From NCBI RefSeq assembly GCF_006345805.1, contig NW_021825391.1, forward strand, positions 1 to 15,711: DNA of 15,711 nucleotides. The letters run 5' to 3'. Positions 1 to 7,904 of the stretch are shown piece after piece. The DNA is from Octopus sinensis. Lineage: Eukaryota. Numbering within the stretch: the stretch's first letter is position 1; every line of letters begins with the position of its first letter. Position numbers and translations under genes: made by a program. The notes below the pieces were generated by a model. That model was not told where the DNA came from. It ran no database searches and saw nothing but the letters and a program-made list of their open reading frames with translations.

Positions 1-113
1 AGGAATCTTTGTAAAAATTATGTTTATTCCATTGTAATGTCGCGGTGTATGTATATACGTATCCGCGTTTGTTTGTAAGTTTATATGAGGGTGTGCAAGT
101 GTGAATGTTTCTG

Positions 114-116
<3 letters not shown>

Positions 117-152
<36 letters not shown>
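117..152. repeat. (GT)18 microsatellite within a GT-rich low-complexity stretch (about 90-340)
   Basis: Read directly from the sequence. Confidence 0.97.
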
Positions 153-156
<4 letters not shown>

Positions 157-796
157 TTGTTTATGTGTATGAGCCTCTTCGTGTGCTTACATATATGTTT
201 GTGTGTAAACGCCGATTTGTAAGGTGTTTGCATGTGTACACGAATGGGCATGTTTGTGTTTGTGTGTGAATGTACCTGTTTTTTTAGTGTGTGTATGTGT
301 GTGTACGTATGCGTATGTGAGTGTGTGTGGGGGGGGGGGTAAATGTGTACATAAGGAGAGGAGTTTTTATGCCTGTTATATTGTGTCTCGGTACATCGTG
401 TGTGAGCGTGGGCGGGGATGCGTGATTAAGGGTGGTGTGCGTGTCTGTGTGAATGAGTGCGTAATTGAAAGGGTGGGCAATGGAAACAACGGAACGAAAG
501 AGCAGGCGGCGGTGGCAGCGGCGGCGGCAGCGGTGGTGCTGGTGCTGGTGGGGGTTAGGTGGGGGGGGGGATTTGGCGGTGGTGACGGTGGCGGACATTG
601 TTGACAATTGCACATCGAATGTTATCAGGAACTATAGAAGACGGTGGGAGAAAGAGATGCGGGTCGTAGGGAGGAGGCTCGCTTGACAACACACTCCGAA
701 AGGTCGGAAAAAGTTTCCATAAAACCCCCGAATGATTTCTGTAAGGTGGATATCAACGATTGACAAGATGGTGAAGGGAGATTATAGTTCTTCGAT

Positions 797-830
797 CCCT
801 TCCCCACCCCCACCCCATCGCCCCCACCCC
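797..830 (-). other. Potential G-quadruplex (six G-runs of 3-5 nt on the minus strand; i-motif potential on plus)
   Basis: Plus-strand C-runs at 797-799, 802-805, 807-811, 813-816, 821-825 and 827-830, with 1-4 nt loops. Folding is inferred from the pattern only. Confidence 0.6.
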
Positions 831-1494
831 TTTTTTTTTCAGTTTTTCGAACTGACCGCAAACCTTCGCACAACGAGTAGGAAGTTGTTCATTATCTGTG
901 TACAGACTTGTGGTGGTGTTTTCACAAACAATCCATAATTTTTTTCGTTTAATATACTCTCCTTAATCTTTACACATTAATCTTCTCGCACTTCTTCAGC
1001 CCATTCTGTATATATCCATTGAGTTTTGGTTATAGTTTCAGACAGGAGTGAAAGCCAAATATTCCTCGGATAGAAAGTACTATTCGCCCATTCCTTTATT
1101 TTTTTTATTTTTTATTGTACCCGACATTTTCTTGCTTTTTTCTATCCTTCGGTTTCTTTCTTTTTGCATGCCCATCGCTAAGTGGGAGCACTGGACGGCA
1201 CTGCATCCTCACTATTCAATGATGCACCCTCAGATGTAGAGAATACAGTGTACAGAAATCTTCCCACAATACATACTATTGCCCACTCAGAATATTCTGA
1301 AGCAGCCCCGGGCACCAAAGTCTGGCGATGGGCCTGTCTTATTGACTCAAGGCTATGTGATAGGACTACTACTCGAAGTCTGCAAGAAGAGATTTTTCGG
1401 TTTCAGGGATTGTCATTGAAATTAAAGCGATTTCCAATACACCTACTTTAATTTGTGATCGGAGATACTCAGAAAACACTAACAGCATCGACCG

Positions 1495-1575
1495 TAATTA
1501 CTATACATACTCATCCATATAATTTACCTCAGCCGAGAGTAGGCATCCTGCCCTTGAGAAATAGAAATAGGTAAC
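1495..1575. repeat. 81-bp direct repeat, copy 1
   Basis: Matches 1975-2055 at an offset of exactly 480 with 6 mismatches by manual alignment. Confidence 0.95.
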
Positions 1576-1974
1576 CCTATCACTTGGACCATCTATTAAC
1601 ATGTCGCTGCTAATGTCTTGTCCGTTGCTAACTTCCTTCTGTTTCCGACATTCCAGTTCTAGACAGGCTTTCAGGTGATTAGCAACACAGCTTCATCCAT
1701 GATTCACTACTCTAATTAACCATTTCTTGTTCTTTCAATGGAAAATGCATCCAGGATGGTTTCATGGACTTCGATTGACATTAGCACGCGAACGTGTATA
1801 GTCACGTGCCCACTTGCTGTTATGAACTTGTCGCTCATACTTGGGCCAACGGCTCAGGCTTCTAGCTATATATCTGGTCACGATTTTTGTATTTCCCTTC
1901 CACCTGTACTGTAAACCCCTTATCTATACACAGGTATGCGGCGCCCCAACCCTGCCTAGTTTCATCTTCAGTCT

Positions 1975-2055
1975 TAATTACTAAACACACTCATCCATAT
2001 AATTTTCCTCTGCCGAGAGTTGGCATCCTGCCCTTGAGAAATAGAAATAAGTAAC
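1975..2055. repeat. 81-bp direct repeat, copy 2
   Basis: Matches 1495-1575 (75/81). Confidence 0.95.
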
Positions 2056-2127
2056 ATTACCTTTCATTTTTTTTTCTTGGATAAAGACACTATTATAACA
2101 TATCTCTTCCACGCTTGTTCCTTTCCT

Positions 2128-2154
2128 CTAGCAATTCTGCCCATTCACCACCTT
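2128..2154 (-). mobile_element. Decayed 5' head fragment of the tRNA-derived SINE family seen at 2316-2510
   Basis: AATTCTGCCCATTCACCACCTT followed by AATAATAAT resembles GATTCTTCCAGCTAGCCGCCTT+AATAATAAT (2489-2519) and TTTCTGCCAGCTCGCTGCCTT (11914-11934), with CpG-type decay. The match is very short. Confidence 0.45.
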
Positions 2155-2186
2155 AATAATAATAATTATCATCATCATCATCATCA

Positions 2187-2226
<40 letters not shown>

Positions 2227-2315
2227 CATCATCATCATTCATCATTATAATTGTCGGAGCCCTGGGAAAAGTGAGCAAAAATGATAATAATAATAATTAT
2301 TATTATTATCATTAT
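2154..2315. repeat. Compound (AAT)/(ATC)/(ATT) microsatellite interrupted by a 36-bp LINE snippet
   Basis: Read directly from the sequence. Confidence 0.95.
2247..2282 (+). mobile_element. 36-bp internal fragment of the R4/Dong-like LINE family found at 4152-4455
   Basis: 34/36 identical to the reverse complement of 4345-4380; encodes IIVGALGKVSKN. Confidence 0.9.
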
Positions 2316-2510
2316 CCTTTCTACTATAGGCACAAAGACTGAAATTTTGGGGTAAGGGGATAGTCGATTACATCAACCCCAGTGAGTAAATGGTACTTAT
2401 TTCATCGACCTCGAAAGGAGGAAAGGCGAAGTCGACCTCAGCAGAATTTGAACTCAGAACGTAAGGACACACGGCCTGGCGTGCTAACGATTCTTCCAGC
2501 TAGCCGCCTT
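2316..2510 (-). mobile_element. tRNA-derived SINE (octopus-type), tail variant 1, with an internal deletion in the head
   Basis: Minus strand has an A-box-like TGGAAGAATCGTTAGC and a B-box-like GAGTTCAAATTC. The core GTCGACTTCGCCTTTCCTCCTTTCGAGGTCGATGAAATAAGTACCA is homologous to 11698-11934. Both ends lie in TAA/TTA repeats. Confidence 0.88.
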
Positions 2511-2669
2511 AATAATAATAACAAGAAGAAGAAGAGAGAAAAGAAGAAGAAGAAGAAGAAGAAGAAGAAGAAAAGAAGAAGAAGAAGAAGAACAACAACA
2601 ACAACAAGAACAAGAACAAGAACAAGAACAAGAAGAAGAAGAACAAGAACAACAACAACAACAACAACA
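2511..2669. repeat. Compound (AAT)-(AAG)-(AAC)-(AAGAAC) microsatellite
   Basis: Read directly from the sequence. Confidence 0.97.
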
Positions 2670-3697
2670 GCAATTTCTTTTATTAGTCATTGGAGCATTG
2701 ATGAGAGAAATATCACAAGGCCAGTCAACAATTTGTGTGGGATTTTGCATAAAAGACGAGGAGAAAGAAATGGGGTGACGGTGAAATGCGATAAAGACAT
2801 ACATAGTATACGACGTATGTGATAAAATTAGTGATGCAGTCCACCTGATACAAGAGAAAGACCAACTTGGGCCGATCAAGGAATCCCACAGATCCAGGGT
2901 TACTCTAATCGCCAAAGGCATGAGATCTCGCCCAAATGCTGATCTTCAGTCTTCATCATCATCATCATTGTTCGACCGTGGTCGAGACAAGGGAATTTAC
3001 CATGCTACGGCAGACTTCACGGTCCATCATGGCATTGCGGAGGTCCTGTTGCTGGATGCCTGTATCCCTGGAGATTACATCAGGGTAGGAGAGTGTGCGC
3101 CCTCTGGCATTGCGAGTAGATGGCTTCCAGAGGAGGAGAGTAGAAATTACCTCTTTTTCAGCTCTACAACAATGTCCAGCAAACTGGACTCTCTTACCTT
3201 TCACAAGAGATGACAATCTTCAGAAAATGAGTGATGCAGCCACCTGATACAGGGGAAACTCCAACTAGTGCCAGTCGACGAACCCCACAGATCCAGGTTT
3301 ACCCTGATCGCCAAAAGCATGAGACCTCGCCCAAATGTTGATTTCCAATCTTCAGGGGCTTGCTTATAGTAGCACCTTTCACTTTAACCATTTTTGCCAC
3401 ATTCAGCCATGTTTTCACAAATTCGCTGGGAAGTAGCACTTCCCTTTCCGCCCTTATTTTCCTCTGCAAGTGGAACTTTAAAAAAAGTCGTTAAGGGCTT
3501 GACCGACATGGAAGGTGTTTTCAGCTTCGTCCACCACACAACCTCTTCACAATAGCCACTGGAAAAAATGAACACTTTCTGTTCTGAAATGTTCGAGGGT
3601 GCTGGGTCGATCCTCACGATGGATTCGGCTGATATTCGGATTCTCCCATACGCTATTAGTTGTTCGAAATAACTCCACAAATCAGAAATACTAGGAC
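2670..3697 (-). mobile_element. 5'-truncated L1/Tx1-like LINE 3' end (frameshifted ORF2 C-terminus about 3352-3695, 3' UTR with a tandem-duplicated unit, AATAAA at about 2679-2684), interrupted by an RTE
   Basis: Stitching minus-strand frames gives PSISDLWSYFEQLIAYGRIRISAESIVRIDPAPS...EVVWWTKLK..TFHVGQALNDFF/KFHLQRKIRAEREVLLPSEFVKTWLNVAKMVKVKG. This resembles the post-zinc-knuckle C-terminus of Tx1-type ORF2, recognised from memory. The region ends in AATAAAAGAAATT before a (TGT)n/(TTC)n tract. Confidence 0.65.
2956..3213 (-). mobile_element. 5'-truncated RTE-clade LINE 3' end with (TGA)n tail and 9-bp target-site duplication
   Basis: ORF 2965-3216 contains RVQFAGHCCRAEKEVISTLLLWKP...RGR..SYPDVISRDTG...AMMDREVCR, which fits the RTE C-terminal pattern AGHC.R...LLLW.P...RGR...DR..WR. 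The tail is (TCA)5 on plus at 2953-2967. TSD: CAGTCTTCA (2947-2955) and CAATCTTCA (3214-3222). Confidence 0.88.
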
Positions 3698-3701
3698 AAT
3701 A

Positions 3702-3733
<32 letters not shown>

Positions 3734-3840
3734 GATAATGATAATGATGATAATGATAATGATGATAATGATAATGATGATAATGATGATAATGATAATG
3801 ATAATAATGATAATGATAATGATAATAATGATGATGATGA

Positions 3841-3876
<36 letters not shown>

Positions 3877-3957
3877 TGATGATGATGATGATGATGATGA
3901 CGACGACGACGACGACACTGATAATGACGACGACGACGATAATGGTGATAATAATCT
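3698..3957. repeat. Compound (AAT)-(AATGAT)-(GAT)-(GAC) microsatellite
   Basis: Read directly from the sequence. Confidence 0.97.
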
Positions 3958-4151
3958 GTTTTATATTAGCCACACGGGCGCGAATTATTAGACATTAAAA
4001 TAGGAGTGAGGCAGAAGGTTATTACGGAGCAAACAAAAAAAAAAACGACAAAAAAGGCAAATATATATAAATGAGCAGATAATGGCTTCTTTATTCAATT
4101 ACATTATTTATAATTTTGCTTTAATAATAATAATAATGATTATTATTATTA

Positions 4152-4455
4152 TCTTTATTGCCTTTGCACAGCTTCTAACGCTGGAGATGTACTGCGGTGT
4201 CAGCTGTTCACTATCAATGAACTAAGATAACACCTCTTATTTTTCGAGCACCTTCCCGAGTATTCGACCGGTTCCAAATAGTGCTGTTTTCTGCAAATGC
4301 TCCACCCTTATTGCAGCCCCTATTTGTTCCACGTACTTCTCGAGATTTTTGTTCACTCTTCCCAGGGCTCCGACAATTATTGATACTACTGCTACCGTTT
4401 TCATCGACCACATCTGCTTAACCTCCCAAGCTAACCTGTCATATCTCTCGACAAT
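4152..4455 (-). mobile_element. R4/Dong-clade non-LTR retrotransposon 3' end, family A (REL endonuclease C-terminus, stop 4237-4239, about 85-bp 3' UTR)
   Basis: IVERYDRLAWEVKQMWSMKTVAVVSIIVGALGRVNKNLEKYVEQIGAAIRVEHLQKTALFGTGRILGKVLEK* matches the R4/Dong consensus KY.DL..E...MW.....VPIIVGALG......QK.ALLGTA.ILR. Both sides are flanked by TAA-type repeats. Confidence 0.88.
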
Positions 4456-4463
4456 TGTTGTTG

Positions 4464-4542
<79 letters not shown>
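4456..4542. repeat. (TTG)/(ATT)n tract between the two Dong-like elements
   Basis: Read directly from the sequence. Confidence 0.97.
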
Positions 4543-4545
<3 letters not shown>

Positions 4546-4903
4546 TAGTCTTATTTTTATCACGTGCTTTCACTGCACTACCGAGTGCAGCTCTGTGTGC
4601 CTTGGGTATGTGATGTGCTTTGTTATGATGCTCTTATTTTCACTGTACTGAAAGTGTTTTACGTTGGATGTATGCGGTGTATAATAAGTGCTATTTTCTG
4701 TATGCTATATATACTTGTAAGTCCTGATGTTTTTGTTATGTATGTATCTGAGTGCTTTTGTTGTTGTTGTTGTTGTTTTTCATCATACCTAATGCGCCTA
4801 CTATGATAGGAATTGTTTCTGCTTTTAGGCCCCACATTCGAGTTACCTCTATTTCCAGGTCTTTGTATTTTGAAACTTTCTCCGTTTCTTTTAGAGAAGC
4901 ATT
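4541..4903 (-). mobile_element. R4/Dong-clade non-LTR retrotransposon 3' end, family B (frameshifted, with an (AAC)n expansion at about 4758-4777; stop 4640-4642)
   Basis: NASLKETEKVSKYKDLEIEVTRMWGLKAETIPIIVGALGMMK / SDTYITKTSGLTSIYSIQKIAL / TAYIQRKTLSVQ*. The 3' UTR runs into (TAA)n on the sense strand. Confidence 0.9.
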
Positions 4904-4952
4904 ATAATTATTTTAGAGAAGCAAGTCACTCGCTATGCAAGTACATCTCCAG

Positions 4953-4953
4953 A

Positions 4954-5038
<85 letters not shown>

Positions 5039-5055
5039 TATCATTATTATCATTA

Positions 5056-5086
<31 letters not shown>

Positions 5087-5109
5087 TATTATCATTATTA
5101 TCATTATTA

Positions 5110-5197
<88 letters not shown>

Positions 5198-5250
5198 CAT
5201 TATTATTATTATTATCATCATCATCATTATTATTATCATCATCATCATCA

Positions 5251-5284
<34 letters not shown>

Positions 5285-5318
5285 GATGATTGATACTGTT
5301 GTTGTTGTTGTTGTCATT
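4953..5318. repeat. Long (ATT)/(ATC) microsatellite ending in (GTT)n
   Basis: Read directly from the sequence. Confidence 0.97.
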
Positions 5319-5881
5319 ATTGAAGAAGATTTTGTAGGTCAAGGTTAACGGAAATAACGGAACAACATTAAAATATGTTGATGTAATAGTGATGGAGGAA
5401 AAAGGATGAGGGAAGAGGAGAGAGAGATGATTTAAGGGAGGGAGGGAGGGAAGGAGAGAACTAAAAAACCTTCCAGCCACCCTATTCCCTACCCCCAACT
5501 CACACACACGCACACGCGTACACACACATACACACACCCTTTCTAATGAATTTCGAGTTCACGTGGAGCTAGCGTCCGTGACTCGTTTCATATCTCTATT
5601 CAGATCTTCCCTAATGATCGTAACTCCCGCGCCATTTTTTTCCAGGCTTGCTATCTTTTGTTATTCTTGTTGTTTGTTAACCCTTTAATTTATTTATCTA
5701 TTTATCTATTTATCTATTTATTTATTTATTTATTTATTTGCCTTATTTACTAATGTGTTTATTAAATTTTTCTTGTTAGTGTTGCAGTTTCATTTGATAT
5801 TTTTCTTTGTTGTTGTTGCTTCAAACAACCGTCATTACTATTACCGCAATAGTATTTGAGTTCTGATGTATTGTTCATTCG

Positions 5882-5919
5882 TAGTGGTGGTGGTAGTAGT
5901 AGTAATAGTAGTAGTAGTA

Positions 5920-5953
<34 letters not shown>

Positions 5954-5965
5954 TGTAGTTGTAGT
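5882..5965. repeat. (GTG)/(GTA)n microsatellite
   Basis: Read directly from the sequence. Confidence 0.95.
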
Positions 5966-5986
5966 TAAATGTGGTGTTGTGCAAAG

Positions 5987-6000
5987 GTTGTCATGGTAAC
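5987..6000. promoter_or_regulatory. Candidate RFX X-box
   Basis: GTTGTCATGGTAAC fits the 14-bp X-box pattern GTTRYC-AT-GGYAAC. Function is untested. Confidence 0.35.
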
Positions 6001-6044
6001 GTTTCATTGCTTCCAGTGTAGTATGATAAGCATGTCTAGTTGGC

Positions 6045-6345
6045 ATATACATACATATATACATATATACATACATACATGCATACATACATGCATACAT
6101 ACATACGTACGTACATACACAAGCATATATATACATATTTAACAAATATATATATGATTGATATATGATACATATTATACACATGTATATATATATACAA
6201 ATACATATGCATATATACATACATATATATATATGTGTATATGTATATATATATAAATATATATATACATACATGCATACATGTATGTACACACATACAC
6301 ATACACACAGACGAATACATATATGCACTTATGTATAAATCTACA
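6045..6345. repeat. Degenerate (TACA)/(TA)/(CA) microsatellite
   Basis: Read directly from the sequence. Confidence 0.92.
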
Positions 6346-6532
6346 TGCTTGTATGTGTGTCTGTGTATTTAAACATATAAACATATTTTCTAGCACATTT
6401 TCAAAAAAAGTACATTGGCAAACGAAACGAAAATAAAGAATTATGTAAAGAATGGCTTTACTGACAAATACAAGATGTAGTTCTATAGAATTTTATGGCC
6501 ATAAAAGACTAGGAAATATGTTGTTTTTTCAG

Positions 6533-6581
6533 AATGGGGGATGGGTGTCTTCTATATACAATTATACAATTACAGATGCGG
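6533..6581 (+). other. Candidate 49-nt internal exon of an unidentified host gene
   Basis: Acceptor TGTTGTTTTTTCAG and donor CGG|GTAAGC. All three frames are open (NGGWVSSIYNYTITDA / MGDGCLLYTIIQLQMR / WGMGVFYIQLYNYRC). No protein recognised. Confidence 0.35.
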
Positions 6582-7275
6582 GTAAGCTTTAATATCTGTT
6601 TATTTTTCATTTATTTATATCCTATCTTTGAATTTTTTTTGTTTTGTTTTTTTAATATTTTGATCAGAATTTGGGGACATTTAATATAATAATTGTATTA
6701 ATTATTTCATATTGTTCAAAAGCTTTTCCTTTTTTAGGTAGATAATGCTTTCGTTTTATATATACATATCTATAGCAATCTTAAGCTGAGATACATTAAA
6801 ACCTTATTGTCCTTAAAGTATATATATATATATATGTACACATGCGCGCGCACACACACATATAAACACACACACACACATACACACATGGAAGTAATAA
6901 GGTATATAAACACAGTATTTACATGGGGCAGAAAATACAGATTAGAAAATAATGATAATATATATATATAATGAATAAACATTATGTAATGTCAATGTTT
7001 TTTCCTTTTAAATATATATATATATATATATATATCATTTATTTTATAATCTGTATTTTGTGTTCCATGTATATATTTCAATCCTAACTGCTTTTATCTA
7101 TATTACTAGCTCTCTGGCTGGTCGATGTGGACTGCTCTAATAGCCATAACCGCGCTGTGGGTACGATCCTGGATTAAGAAGTTGGAATTTAGCACATTTA
7201 TTTGTGCATTACTCTGTTATGTATACTGAGCCCCATTTCCTCTCAATCACTAACTCTTCCCCACTCTCTTTCTCA

Positions 7276-7277
<2 letters not shown>

Positions 7278-7345
<68 letters not shown>

Positions 7346-7352
7346 CTCTCTC
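7278..7352. repeat. (CT)n microsatellite
   Basis: Read directly from the sequence. Confidence 0.96.
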
Positions 7353-7359
7353 TACTTCC

Positions 7360-7547
7360 ACTCAGTTATTCTTCAGCTTTTCTTGGACTGTTTTTTCTCT
7401 TCTCTCTGGACTTTTCCCTCTTTCCTCTTTCTGACGAAGTGCTATGATCGAAACGTCACATTCCCTCTTGTTTTTCCATCTTAAACTTTCTCTGAGCGTT
7501 GATCTATTAAATTCACCGTGTACATCCTCTTGACTTTATTGTTTACC
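7360..7547 (+). mobile_element. Penelope-like element (PLE)-derived terminal module carrying a minimal hammerhead motif
   Basis: Contains CTGACGA-AG...C-GAAAC-GTC. Shares a downstream GAGCGTT with 13040-13204 and a terminal TGTTTACC with 12911-13023 (minus). Boundaries are approximate. Confidence 0.55.
7431..7460 (+). ncRNA. Minimal type-I hammerhead ribozyme-like motif (core intact, stems decayed)
   Basis: CUGACGA at 7431-7437, an extra A, a stem II remnant G-UGC-UAU-GAU-C, GAAA at 7450-7453, the palindromic ACGU and a GUC triplet at 7455-7457. This is the layout of PLE-associated minimal hammerheads. Confidence 0.6.
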
Positions 7548-7574
7548 AGTTTTTATTTTTGATTTGTTTGTTTT

Positions 7575-7577
7575 CTT

Positions 7578-7674
<97 letters not shown>

Positions 7675-7720
7675 GCTTAGAGAGAGGGGAGTTATATAGA
7701 TAAAAATTTGATTGATAGAC

Positions 7721-7790
<70 letters not shown>

Positions 7791-7809
7791 TGTGTGTGTG
7801 TGTGTGTGT
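7575..7809. repeat. Compound (CT)n-(TA)n ... (GATA)n-(GT)n microsatellites
   Basis: Read directly from the sequence. Confidence 0.96.
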
Positions 7810-7814
7810 AACTT

Positions 7815-7900
7815 GTTAGCACGCCGGACAAAATGCTTAGCAGCATGCTTTCGACTTTAGATTCTGAATTCAAACGAGGTCTATTTTACCTTTTATCGAC
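7815..7900 (+). mobile_element. Degenerate partial copy of the tRNA-derived SINE (head and start of core)
   Basis: GTTAGCACGCCGGACAAAATGCTTAGC...TTCTGAATTCAAA-CGAGGTC aligns to the reverse complement of about 11820-11915. Confidence 0.8.
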
Positions 7901-7904
7901 ACTA

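Noticed and set aside
1287-1300. 14-bp perfect palindrome TCAGAATATTCTGA
   Set aside because: One palindrome of this size in 15.7 kb of AT-rich DNA is not surprising, and there is no supporting context.
1182-1451. 89-aa complex ORF (MGALDG...) starting at GTG
   Set aside because: No recognisable motif, no convincing splice signals, and a non-ATG start. It could be decayed TE sequence, and I cannot support a gene call.
3656-6396. Long ORFs rich in poly-I, poly-N, poly-L, poly-S or YI/CV repeats (also 224-615, 2382-2921, 9504-12425, 13180-14006)
   Set aside because: They are translations of stop-free microsatellite frames with no domain content.
7105-7172. tRNA-like segment (TAGCTC...GGGTACGATCCTGG)
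   Set aside because: Only a B-box-like motif is present, with no convincing cloverleaf. At most it is a decayed SINE head, not a tRNA gene.
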